Below are positions 18,988 through 27,218 of a stretch of DNA of 32,000 nt, piece by piece (within the stretch, counting starts at the first letter, position 1; every line of letters starts with the position of its first letter). This DNA comes from Microcystis aeruginosa NIES-843. GTDB lineage: Bacteria; Cyanobacteriota; Cyanobacteriia; Cyanobacteriales; Microcystaceae. The stretch lies in contig NC_010296.1 in NCBI RefSeq assembly GCF_000010625.1, forward strand, positions 1 through 32,000. The letters run 5' to 3'. The notes under the pieces are model-generated. The model had not been told where the DNA came from, searched no databases, and saw only the letters and a list, made by a program, of their open reading frames with translations. Position numbers and translations under genes: made by a program.

Positions 18988-19076
18988 GGATAAGCTGTAT
19001 AAAGAAGATAAGGCGGTGTGTTTTTGCGTAACAGTGCAGAAATTAGAATATTGGTATCAAGAACGAGACGCAGCAC
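18975..19076 (-). pseudogene. truncated PIN-domain (VapC-like) toxin, N-terminal 33 codons only
   Basis: Reading from GTG 19076 gives VLRLVLDTNILISALLRKNTPP, the canonical PIN N-terminal motif, then stops after 33 codons. It overlaps the antitoxin-like stop and the uvrC 3-prime end. Confidence 0.5.
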
Positions 19077-19257
19077 GAGTTTCTCGGATAGCCTCATTGA
19101 TAGATTCTTCGATTTCTTCCTCGGAATAACGCAAGTTACGTTCTTGGACAGAATCCACGGTTTCTTCAAAGCTCAGTCTTTGTGACGTTTCTTCAAAGTA
19201 TCCCTTTTTTGCGCCTTTTTGTCCTAAAGCTGATTCGGTTAGTGACCAACGTACCAT
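19057..19257 (-). CDS. small acidic antitoxin-like protein (family not recognised)
   Basis: 66-aa ORF immediately upstream of, and overlapping, the PIN remnant. This is the usual antitoxin-toxin order. Confidence 0.4.
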   Translation of the reverse strand: MVRWSLTESALGQKGAKKGYFEETSQRLSFEETVDSVQERNLRYSEEEIEESINEAIRETRAASRS

Positions 19258-19486
19258 GATTTTTCTCCTTTAGCCCATAAACACATACACATCATAACCC
19301 ATTTCTAGCAACAATTAGAAAGAACAAATTTTCACCTCAGATAAGGTGCGTTACCTTTGATTAATGCAGCCTACAAAATCTACAAGCTGGAGAGCCGACT
19401 ATAGACCCAAACGTTTATTTTCTAGTTTTCTCATCTCTGTTTAGGCGTTTTCGGTTTACCATGGTCAAAGTGTGCTTTCTAGGCTA

Positions 19487-21079
19487 ATGACTTTGACTAA
19501 AAACCCCGTGAGCAGAAACCGTCGTTTTTCCCCGCGCAATCTCTTTGAGACTTGCATGGCCTTATTGGTGTTATGCAATTATATTCTTGTTATTTTCGAT
19601 TTAACCTATATTCCCCTGCGAGATTTTTGGTTACAGGGACGCTTGCAAATAACTTTATTAAGATTTAATGAACCAATAAAACTCGGTCCGATTTCCTTTC
19701 AAGAATTACAAATACCTCCCGATAAACCCCTAGAAATTCCCTTTGTTAAAGGAATCGCTAAGTATGATGTGGTGAAAGGAATTAAACCCTATCGTAGTAC
19801 CAGTGAATATTTAGAGACGGTTAATAAACTTAATCAACTAATTAATCAAAAGCTCTTTAACCCAGAGTTTAATCTGCAAGAATATCGCCAGGAGATTGAG
19901 AAAGTTTTAGATAATTTGCGCCAAAAAAGTATCAATATGGTCGATAATAATCCCTTTGCCTCGGCGGAGAAAACTGGGACTTTAGAGAAGATTAAAAATA
20001 AAATGCGCTTGCGGGTTTTTAAAACAGAAAATGTTTCCGCAAAAGCAGCCTTTCAAAAGTTTTGGACTTGGGATTATCTCATTCAAAATGGCTGGGAAAA
20101 AGAGTTGAAGTTTTTTAATCAAGAAATTCAACCTTTAATAGAAACTAATTATTTTCGTCCCCTAGGAGAAGATGGGAGACCGATCGATAACTTTGAGGCG
20201 ATCGATTTTTTCTTTGGTACCATCTTTTTCTGGGAATTTATGCTGAGAACTTGGTGGATTGCTCGCACTCATAAAGGCCTGCGTTGGCGCGAGGCTATGT
20301 TATGGCGATGGTATGATATTTTTCTGTTTGTTCCTATCTGGAGATGGTTGCGATTTATTCCTACCGTTATTCGCCTAGATCAAGTTAAAATTATTAACTT
20401 AAGGTTGATTAAAGAACAGGCAGTTAAAGGCTTAGTTGCGCTAATTTCTAAAGATATTACTGAGATAATCGTCCTGAGAATTATTAATAAAATTCAGGAA
20501 TATATTCGACAGGGACAAGTGGAGAAACTTCTTAATCGATCCCTCAATGGAGGATATAATAATCTCAATGATACTAATGAAGTTATTGAAATTTTTCGGT
20601 TAGTAGTTAATAGCACTGTTGACAAGGTTTTACCGCAAGTTAAACCAGAAGCAGAAGCTTTAATTAAATACAATATCGAGAAAATTCTCAGTCAAACTCC
20701 CGCTTATCAAAGCTTATTGCGATTACCCAGCATGAAAGGGTTAAAAACTGACTTGAGCAATCGCCTATCTAGTCAATTGTATCAATCTTTTGTTAATATA
20801 GCTGACAAGATCACCCAAGAAGACGAAGTTTTTGAGCGTTTATTGCAGCAATTAGTCCAGCGTTTCGGGCAATCTCTCGCCGGGGAATTACAATCCCGTC
20901 ACAGTTTAGAAAGAATCGAGATGTTATTAATTATCTTCCTAGAAGAAGTCAAATTAAACTATGTACAAGAATTCTCGGATGAAGACTTAGAAACTATCCT
21001 CGAACAAACTCGCTTACTCCACTCTCAAAGTGCAGAAACTAACCCAGCAGAAACCATGAATCCCCGTCGTCTTCCCTAA
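19487..21079 (+). CDS. hypothetical membrane protein with ion-transport/voltage-sensor-like segment
   Basis: The 535-aa ORF opens at GTG 19472, and ATG 19487 is the more likely start. TM segments occur at the N-terminus and around 20200-20400. The rest is predicted helical and soluble. Confidence 0.6.
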   Translation: MTLTKNPVSRNRRFSPRNLFETCMALLVLCNYILVIFDLTYIPLRDFWLQGRLQITLLRFNEPIKLGPISFQELQIPPDKPLEIPFVKGIAKYDVVKGIKPYRSTSEYLETVNKLNQLINQKLFNPEFNLQEYRQEIEKVLDNLRQKSINMVDNNPFASAEKTGTLEKIKNKMRLRVFKTENVSAKAAFQKFWTWDYLIQNGWEKELKFFNQEIQPLIETNYFRPLGEDGRPIDNFEAIDFFFGTIFFWEFMLRTWWIARTHKGLRWREAMLWRWYDIFLFVPIWRWLRFIPTVIRLDQVKIINLRLIKEQAVKGLVALISKDITEIIVLRIINKIQEYIRQGQVEKLLNRSLNGGYNNLNDTNEVIEIFRLVVNSTVDKVLPQVKPEAEALIKYNIEKILSQTPAYQSLLRLPSMKGLKTDLSNRLSSQLYQSFVNIADKITQEDEVFERLLQQLVQRFGQSLAGELQSRHSLERIEMLLIIFLEEVKLNYVQEFSDEDLETILEQTRLLHSQSAETNPAETMNPRRLP

Positions 21080-21126
21080 AAATTAAGTAGCTGGTTATAA
21101 TTAAATTAAAAATGGATTTTAGGTTC

Positions 21127-21193
21127 GATCCCCCCTGCCCCCCTTGATAAGGGGGGTGCCGATAGGCGGGGGGATCTCCCCTTAATAAGGGGG
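21127..21193. repeat. nested G/C-run palindromic element
   Basis: GATCCCCCC (21127-21135) pairs with GGGGGGATC (21168-21176). Inner hairpin CCCCCC-TTGATAA-GGGGGG lies at 21138-21156. A third hairpin, CCCC-TTAATAA-GGGG, lies at 21178-21192. Confidence 0.8.
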
Positions 21194-21325
21194 CATCTGA
21201 TAATTTTTAACGCCTACCTACTTAGCGATCATTGATTAGGTAATATTGCTTGATCTTTTGATCACTTTTGTACTAAAATTTCTGCTGAAACCCCCATTAC
21301 TCAATTAACCTAATTATCTACTCCC

Positions 21326-21964
21326 ATGTTAACAAAAATTATTCTCGGGTTACTTTGGTTAGGCTTCGGATTATACGCTTTTTTACTAGCACCCCCCGAT
21401 CAACCAGATACAGTGAATTTAATTATCGATCTTTCCACTGGGAAATGGCAATATATCAACCCGTTAATTATCGCTCTTTTTAACCTGATGGGAGTTTGGC
21501 CACTGATCTACACTAGCCTTTTAATTATCGATGGTCGTGACCAAAAGATCATCGCTTGGCCCTTTACTTTTGCCTCCTTTGCCGTGGGTGCTTTCGCTAT
21601 TTTACCCTATCTAACTCTCCGTCAATCCAACAGCAATTTTACTGGTAAAAAAAATCTGGTCATTAAACTTCTAGACTCACCTTGGTTAGGAGTAATTGCC
21701 CTAATTACTGCGGCAATTTTAATCGCTTACGGATTAATTAACGGTAATTGGTCTGATTTTTGGCATCAGTGGCAAACTAGCCGTTTTATTCATGTTATGA
21801 GTTTAGATTTCTGTCTTTTAACTCTCTTATGTCCAATTTTGCTGCAAGATGATCTAACCCGACGGGGATTAAAAAATCCTTTCCTGTTGCCGGTAATTTC
21901 CCTATTGCCTCTAATCGGTCCGGCAATTTATTTAATTATTCGTCCTCGCTTAGGGGAGAATTAA
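21326..21964 (+). CDS. hypothetical polytopic membrane protein
   Basis: 212 aa with about 6 hydrophobic helices. No catalytic motif recognised. Confidence 0.6.
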   Translation: MLTKIILGLLWLGFGLYAFLLAPPDQPDTVNLIIDLSTGKWQYINPLIIALFNLMGVWPLIYTSLLIIDGRDQKIIAWPFTFASFAVGAFAILPYLTLRQSNSNFTGKKNLVIKLLDSPWLGVIALITAAILIAYGLINGNWSDFWHQWQTSRFIHVMSLDFCLLTLLCPILLQDDLTRRGLKNPFLLPVISLLPLIGPAIYLIIRPRLGEN

Positions 21965-22117
21965 GAGTAAATTTCCTTGGGTAAACTCGGCCTAGTTATC
22001 AGTTGTTTTTTAATCATTTCTTGACAAGAGAAGTTCATATTTAACAGAAATTATGCTGAGGTTCCCCTAAAATATGAGGAAAGAGATTAATGTCCAGATT
22101 AGAAGGAGTGTTTAACC

Positions 22118-22411
22118 TTGTTAGAGAGTCAAAAACCACCTCGGATTTACTGCTTTCAAGCTGATTATATTGCCTCCCAACAATTTAACCCCCAAGAGAT
22201 TCCCGCTTGGTTATCTTTAGAAGTAAACTGGCAGGGTTATAGAATTCATACCCTACCCTGGGTAGCAGACGTAGCTAGAGTATTAGGATTATTAGCGATT
22301 GAAGATACCCCCCAAGGGTGGCAAGATCATTTAGAAAGCTTGGGATTAGCCAAAATTAGGTTAATGGACAGCGAGGAGTTTTTTGAGGATAAATCTTTAT
22401 CGGGATGTTAA
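22118..22411 (+). CDS. hypothetical protein (TTG start)
   Basis: 97-aa ORF. AAGGAG lies 9 nt upstream of TTG 22118, which supports that start. No recognised family. Confidence 0.4.
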   Translation: MLESQKPPRIYCFQADYIASQQFNPQEIPAWLSLEVNWQGYRIHTLPWVADVARVLGLLAIEDTPQGWQDHLESLGLAKIRLMDSEEFFEDKSLSGC

Positions 22412-22458
22412 AAATGCCCTATAATTGGCAATTTAGTGATGATTCTACCGGTCAATTT

Positions 22459-22932
22459 ATGCCCTATAAACTACTCTTCGTCTGTTTAGGAAATATCTGT
22501 CGTTCTCCCGCTGCCGAGAATATCATGACTTATCTGATTGAACAAGAAGGATTAGGCAATAAAATCCTCTGTGATTCTGCGGGGACTGCGGGTTATCATA
22601 TCGGTTCTCCTCCCGATTCTCGCATGAATACGGCGGCTAAAAAACGCGGTATTCCTCTGCAAGGGACAGCCAGACAATTTACTCGCGAGGATTTCGAGAA
22701 TTTTGATCTAATCCTAGCCATGGATAAAGCCAATTATCAAGATATTTTATCCCTAGATCGGACAGGAAAATATCAAGAAAAGGTCAAGTTAATGTGTGAC
22801 TATGCTCGTTATCACCCAGAAAAAGAAGTTCCCGATCCCTACTACGGTGGTCGGGAAGGTTTTGACCGCGTAATCGAGCTGCTTTTAGACTCCTGTGGCA
22901 GTCTTTTGGAGGAAGTAAAAAACAAAATTTAA
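22459..22932 (+). CDS. low-molecular-weight protein tyrosine phosphatase
   Basis: CLGNICRSPAAE P-loop (C-x5-R-S) and DPYYG motif. ATG 22459 places the P-loop at the usual distance from the N-terminus. The tracked ORF opens at 22405. Confidence 0.85.
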   Translation: MPYKLLFVCLGNICRSPAAENIMTYLIEQEGLGNKILCDSAGTAGYHIGSPPDSRMNTAAKKRGIPLQGTARQFTREDFENFDLILAMDKANYQDILSLDRTGKYQEKVKLMCDYARYHPEKEVPDPYYGGREGFDRVIELLLDSCGSLLEEVKNKI

Positions 22933-22946
22933 GTTTTTTCTTCCAG

Positions 22947-23603
22947 CTAATCGATTAATCTGTGTTCGAGGGAAAAACGCACCAATTCGGCCCGATTGTT
23001 AGTAGTTGTTTTTCTGAGTAAACTGCTAACATATTTCTCGATCGTGCGAGAACTAAGATGCAGTTTTTGCCCAATTTCACTATTAGAAAGTCCCCGGGCT
23101 AAATGTTCTAACACTTCCCGCTCGCGATTAGTTAACTTAAAATCGTCCTGTAAAGAAGAAGTTAAAACATCCCTAGTTTTGGGGCTTTCTTCCGGTTTTA
23201 ATTTCTGATATTGACGTTCACTTTGCACCATTTGCGATCGCTCTAAAAGATTGCGAATAACTGCTTTTAATTCCTCCATCTCAAAAGGTTTAGGAAGATA
23301 GATATCACAACCCACTTGATAACCGCGGATTCTTTCCTCTGTTGACCCTCTTTCGGTTAAAAAAATTACCGGCAATAACCTAAATTCTGGCTGTTGCCGC
23401 ACCTTAGTCACCAAAGAATAGCCGTCTAAACGCGGCATTTTGATATCCGATACCAAAAGATGGGGATGATAGGTATCCAATAAATTCAAAGCTTCCAAAC
23501 CATTACTCGCCGCCACCACACTATAACCTGCTAATTCTAAATAGTCTTTGACCGCTAGGCGGATACCGGGGTCATCATCGGCAATTAGAATCAAAAGAGG
23601 CAT
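22947..23603 (-). CDS. response regulator, REC + LuxR/NarL-type HTH
   Basis: 218 aa with the receiver acidic pocket (ADDD...D...K) and a C-terminal LTNREREVL...GLSNSEIGQKLHLSSRTIEKY HTH. Confidence 0.85.
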   Translation of the reverse strand: MPLLILIADDDPGIRLAVKDYLELAGYSVVAASNGLEALNLLDTYHPHLLVSDIKMPRLDGYSLVTKVRQQPEFRLLPVIFLTERGSTEERIRGYQVGCDIYLPKPFEMEELKAVIRNLLERSQMVQSERQYQKLKPEESPKTRDVLTSSLQDDFKLTNREREVLEHLARGLSNSEIGQKLHLSSRTIEKYVSSLLRKTTTNNRAELVRFSLEHRLID

Positions 23604-23774
23604 AGAAATTAACAGGACAAGGTTTTTTCAGTATTGATAGCCTAGCACCCTCCGCTCGCCACAATTGTCCATCAAGCTACAGAGGCCGTTGTAACTGATA
23701 TTATACTAGCAGTAACCAGCTTTTTTCTCCCCATCTCCCCACTTCCCCAACCCCTTGTTTACTTTTTACTTAAG

Positions 23775-24890
23775 ATGACAGATTATTTGGTTTCCTTGAC
23801 AATTTGGGCGGGTATTTACGCGATTTTTGCCCTCGGTTTAAATCTACAATGGGGATTTACTGGCTTAATTAACTTTGGTCACGTTGCTTTTGCCACTTTA
23901 GGGGCTTATGCAACGGTTTTATTAACTTTACAGGGTGTACCGATGATTTTTGCCGCCATTGTCGGGGCGATCCTAGGGGCATTGTTGGGATTGGCGATCG
24001 GTTTTTCCACCCTGAGATTAAGAGCCGATTATCTAGCAATTGTCACCATCGGGGTATCTGAGTTAATTCGTTTACTGGTGCTTAACGAGGATTGGTTAAC
24101 GAAAGGCAGTTTCGGACTACAACGTTATCCCCTACCTTTGGATATAAATCCCAGTTTTGCCGTCAAATTATTAATTATTGCCCTGTTTACCCTGCTTGCT
24201 ATCTTTGCTCTCTGGCAATTGGGGCGCAATCTGCAACGACAATGGCGCGAAGCCGGGCAAATTAGCGGTAAAAGCTATCAACCGACGCAAAAGAGAGCTT
24301 TAATCTTTTGGGGGTCGTTAGGGGCGATAATCCTGCTTTTTCTGTATATAAACGGTGTAATTTCCTTGAATGACTATAATTACAAAGCGGGGCTGATGGT
24401 GGTAGTTTTAGTCCTCCTCGCTCTCGTTTATACTGGTTTAGAATTACTTTTGCGATCGCCTTGGGGACGCATCCTCAAAGCTATCCGGGAAGATGAAGAA
24501 ATTCCCCGGGCTTTAGGAAAAAATGTCTTTTGGTATAAGTTACAATCTTTGATGTTAGGCGGTGCAATCGCTGGTTTAGCTGGGGCTTTTTTAGCATGGC
24601 AATTAACCACTATTTACCCGACTAATTTTGAACCATTATTGACTTTTAACGCTTGGATTATTATCATTCTCGGTGGCTCTGGTAGCAATGCCGGCACCTT
24701 ACTAGGAGCGGTAATTTTCTGGGCTTACGATTCCCTGACTCGCTTTATTCTGCCCCAATTAGATATTTTTAATGATAGCCAATTAGGGGCTTTACGGATT
24801 ATGATTATCGGTCTGCTACTCATGGTTTTAATGATCTGGCGACCCCAGGGTATCCTCGGCAAAAAAGAGGAGTTAACTTTGGGAAAATAA
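23775..24890 (+). CDS. branched-chain/neutral amino acid ABC transporter permease (LivM family, NatC-like)
   Basis: 371-aa polytopic protein with LivM-type N-terminus (NLQWGFTGLINFGHVAF) and GG.GS..G motif. Followed by a LivG-like ATPase, as in the natC-natA arrangement. Confidence 0.8.
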   Translation: MTDYLVSLTIWAGIYAIFALGLNLQWGFTGLINFGHVAFATLGAYATVLLTLQGVPMIFAAIVGAILGALLGLAIGFSTLRLRADYLAIVTIGVSELIRLLVLNEDWLTKGSFGLQRYPLPLDINPSFAVKLLIIALFTLLAIFALWQLGRNLQRQWREAGQISGKSYQPTQKRALIFWGSLGAIILLFLYINGVISLNDYNYKAGLMVVVLVLLALVYTGLELLLRSPWGRILKAIREDEEIPRALGKNVFWYKLQSLMLGGAIAGLAGAFLAWQLTTIYPTNFEPLLTFNAWIIIILGGSGSNAGTLLGAVIFWAYDSLTRFILPQLDIFNDSQLGALRIMIIGLLLMVLMIWRPQGILGKKEELTLGK

Positions 24891-24893
24891 TTT

Positions 24894-24970
24894 CAGTTAT
24901 CAGTTATCAGTTATCAGTTATCAGTTATCAGTTATCAGTTATCAGTTATCAGTTATCAGTTATCAGTGAT
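24894..24970. repeat. (CAGTTAT)x10 heptamer tandem array plus one degenerate unit
   Basis: Ten perfect units at 24894-24963, then CAGTGAT. The array starts 3 nt after the permease stop. Confidence 0.95.
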
Positions 24971-25107
24971 TAGATTTGAAGATTAAGTGAACAGTATTAA
25001 ATAGCAGTTTTCTAAGGACTTAAGCAAAATTAATTACACATTTAAATAATCCTATTGCAAGAGTGCCTATTGCCTGTCTCAACTAAGAAATTTATTTCCC
25101 ACGACTA

Positions 25108-25167
25108 CTTACTGTCTTTTCACTGATTACTGTTTAATGTTTACTGATAACTGATGTTTACCTGATC
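25108..25167. repeat. degenerate heptamer array in opposite orientation (CTGATAA-like)
   Basis: Units CTGATTA CTGTTTA ATGTTTA CTGATAA CTGATGT have period 7 and match the reverse complement of the CAGTTAT family. The array ends 5 nt before the ATPase ATG. Confidence 0.6.
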
Positions 25168-25171
25168 AATT

Positions 25172-25924
25172 ATGTTACTTTCTGCCAAAGGATTATCGAA
25201 AAGTTTTGGGGGCATTCGCGCCGTCAATAATGCTTATTTGGATGTGCCGCAGGGCAGCATCACTGGGTTAATCGGTCCAAATGGAGCCGGCAAAACCACA
25301 CTTTTTAACCTTTTATCTAATTTTATTCGCCCAGATAAAGGAGAAGTTTTTCTTGATGGTCAGCCCATTCATCAGCTGCCTCCCTATCAAATTGCCCTGA
25401 AAGGATGTGTGAGAACTTTTCAAGTAGCACGGGTATTATCCCGATTAACGGTGTTAGAAAATATGCTCTTAGCTAGTCCGGGGCAAACGGGAGAAAATTT
25501 TCTCAAAGTCTGGTTTCAGGGGGCAAAAATTCGCCAACAGGAACAGGAAAATCGTGCCAAAGCTTTGGACATATTAGATTCGATTGGTCTAGGGGAGAAA
25601 GCGCAGGATTATGCGGGAGCTTTATCGGGAGGACAGCGTAAATTATTAGAGATTGGCCGAGTGCTAATGACCAAGCCAAAATTAATTTTATTAGATGAAC
25701 CGGCCGCCGGAGTTAATCCCACTTTAATCGCTCAAATCAACGACCATATTATCGAGTGGAATCGTCAGGGAATTACCTTTTTAATTATCGAGCATAATAT
25801 GGATGTGATTATGTCCCTTTGTCACCACATTTGGGTATTAGCAGAAGGGACAAATTTAGCCGATGGTATTCCCAGCGAAATCCAAAAAAACGAGCGGGTT
25901 TTAAAGGCTTATTTAGGAGACTAA
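25172..25924 (+). CDS. ABC transporter ATP-binding protein (LivG family, NatA-like)
   Basis: 250 aa with Walker A GPNGAGKTT, signature LSGGQRK and Walker B ILLDEP. The LivG-type N-terminus is present. Confidence 0.85.
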   Translation: MLLSAKGLSKSFGGIRAVNNAYLDVPQGSITGLIGPNGAGKTTLFNLLSNFIRPDKGEVFLDGQPIHQLPPYQIALKGCVRTFQVARVLSRLTVLENMLLASPGQTGENFLKVWFQGAKIRQQEQENRAKALDILDSIGLGEKAQDYAGALSGGQRKLLEIGRVLMTKPKLILLDEPAAGVNPTLIAQINDHIIEWNRQGITFLIIEHNMDVIMSLCHHIWVLAEGTNLADGIPSEIQKNERVLKAYLGD

Positions 25925-26551
25925 AGCTAATTTTTGCACCTGCTGAACAAAGTTAGCCAGAATTTTTAAGCCATTAGTCGAGGATTTTTCCGGGTGAAAC
26001 TGCACCGCTACCAAACGATCACGAGCGATCGCTGCCGTCACCGTTTGACTGCCGTGGGTGACGGTGGCAGCAGTTAGATGACTATCAAGGGGATCAACAT
26101 AATAGGAATGGACAAAATAGACGTGAGGATGCGGGGGTAATCCCTGCCAAAGAGCATGATCCGGCTGGGTGAAGTCTAATTGATTCCAACCCATGTGGGG
26201 AATGGTAATGCCAGGTTCCGAGCGAAAACGGCGCACTGTCCCCGGAATAATCCCTAAACCCGCCTCTTGACCTTCCTCCGATGTCTCAAAGAGAATTTGT
26301 AAACCGAGACAGATACCGAGAAAGGGTTTACCATTAGCGATCGCCGCTTTGATCGGTTTTTCGAGATGACGGCTGCGAATTTGCCGGACAGCAGGATCAA
26401 AAGAACCGACTCCGGGTAAGACAATAGCGTCAGCTTTTTCCAGATCGAGGGGAGAATCGGTAATTTTCGGCACTGCACCCACGGTTTCCAGTCCTTTACA
26501 GGCAGAGTGCAGATTTCCCATGTCATAATCGATGACAGCGATTAAGGTCAT
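25913..26551 (-). CDS. hisH: imidazole glycerol phosphate synthase, glutamine amidotransferase subunit
   Basis: Start taken at MTLIAVIDYDMGNL. GICLGLQ (catalytic Cys) and FHPEKS motifs are present. The 23-codon N-terminal extension in the tracked ORF lies in a repeat and is rejected. The 3-prime end overlaps the convergent ATPase gene by 12 nt. Confidence 0.9.
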   Translation of the reverse strand: MTLIAVIDYDMGNLHSACKGLETVGAVPKITDSPLDLEKADAIVLPGVGSFDPAVRQIRSRHLEKPIKAAIANGKPFLGICLGLQILFETSEEGQEAGLGIIPGTVRRFRSEPGITIPHMGWNQLDFTQPDHALWQGLPPHPHVYFVHSYYVDPLDSHLTAATVTHGSQTVTAAIARDRLVAVQFHPEKSSTNGLKILANFVQQVQKLALVS

Positions 26552-26708
26552 TGCTATATACTGATCAGGCGATGACCTTATTTTAGAGCAATCACGCCGC
26601 CAAATTAGGTCTTGACTCAAAAAGCGATTAATGTCTTTACTATATACTGATCAGGCGATGACCTTATTTTAGAGCAATCACGCCGCTAAATTAGGTCTTG
26701 ACTCAAAA
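26537..26708. repeat. 86-bp tandem duplication covering the hisH start and 5-prime leader
   Basis: Units 26537-26622 and 26623-26708 differ at 4 positions by hand alignment. The distal unit carries AAG where the proximal unit has the hisH ATG. Confidence 0.85.
26543..26580 (-). promoter_or_regulatory. candidate stem-loop sequestering the hisH start codon
   Basis: On the hisH mRNA, UAAGGUCAU (from 26572-26580) is perfectly complementary to AUGACCUUA (from 26543-26551, which includes the AUG). The loop is 20 nt. Confidence 0.3.
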
Positions 26709-26718
26709 GTTGTTAAAA

Positions 26719-26767
26719 GCTGGTGATGGGATTTGAACCCGCAACCGGCTGCTTACAAATCAGCCTT
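26719..26767 (-). pseudogene. tRNA 3-prime fragment (anticodon arm to acceptor; UGU/Thr-like), with no 5-prime half
   Basis: The minus strand reads GCTGA-TTTGTAA-GCAGC, CGGTT, GCGGG-TTCAAAT-CCCAT, CACCAGC. No D-arm or complementary GCTGGTG acceptor strand lies upstream. There is one T-stem mismatch and one mismatch at the anticodon-stem closing pair. Confidence 0.5.
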
Positions 26768-26899
26768 GCATAATTGATAAACCCTTTTCCCAAACACAGG
26801 CTATCTGATTCCCATTGATAATTGATTTTGAAGAAAGGGGGTTGGTCATAATATTCTCAACAGCTTATAATCAAGTTATAGATACATTTTAGAGTAGCT

Positions 26900-27218
26900 A
26901 TGCAAGCAAGTGTTAATTGTTCTGAATATCGAATGCTACAACTGCCTCCATCGATTTCGAGTTCACTGGATTCAGTAAAAGTGCGATCCCAATCGAGCTT
27001 TGTGATCATAGGTGCTAATGGTTCGGGAAAAACTCGTTTTGGCGTTTGGATTGAATTCAGTTCACGAGCAAGAGATTTAGTGCATCGAATTGCAGCGCAA
27101 AAATCTCTTTCCATACCGGATTACTTTTCTACATCTTCCCTGAATGCTGCAACAAATCTTCTTCGATATGGTTATCATAAAGAGAATTTAAACGATGAAC
27201 AAACTACACCGTACAAAA
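26900..27218 (+). pseudogene. N-terminal fragment of a P-loop NTPase (AAA/ABC-like, defence-type ATPase)
   Basis: Walker A IIGANGSGKTR lies about 40 aa from the start. The reading frame runs into IS-derived sequence at about 27219 and terminates at 27283. Confidence 0.5.

Noticed and set aside
18975-19169. 64-aa ORF called as an intact gene
   Set aside because: Its first half is out-of-frame overlap with the 66-aa antitoxin-like ORF. Only the last 33 codons (from GTG 19076) look like a protein (PIN N-terminus), so it is treated as a truncated pseudogene.
24894-24970. Possible CRISPR array, given the regular repeats at 3659, 24894 and the 86-bp units at 26537
   Set aside because: The heptamer arrays have no spacers and are pure microsatellites. 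The 86-bp units are only two near-identical copies that include gene sequence. No cas genes are present.
26552-26620. 23-codon N-terminal extension of hisH in the tracked ORF (MSQDLIWRRDCSK...)
   Set aside because: The extension lies entirely in the duplicated leader repeat. HisH homologues start at M-x-IAVIDYxxGN, which matches ATG 26551.
26719-26790. Intact tRNA gene
   Set aside because: Only the anticodon arm, T arm and 3-prime acceptor strand are present. No D arm or complementary 5-prime acceptor sequence exists upstream, and the T stem has a mismatch.
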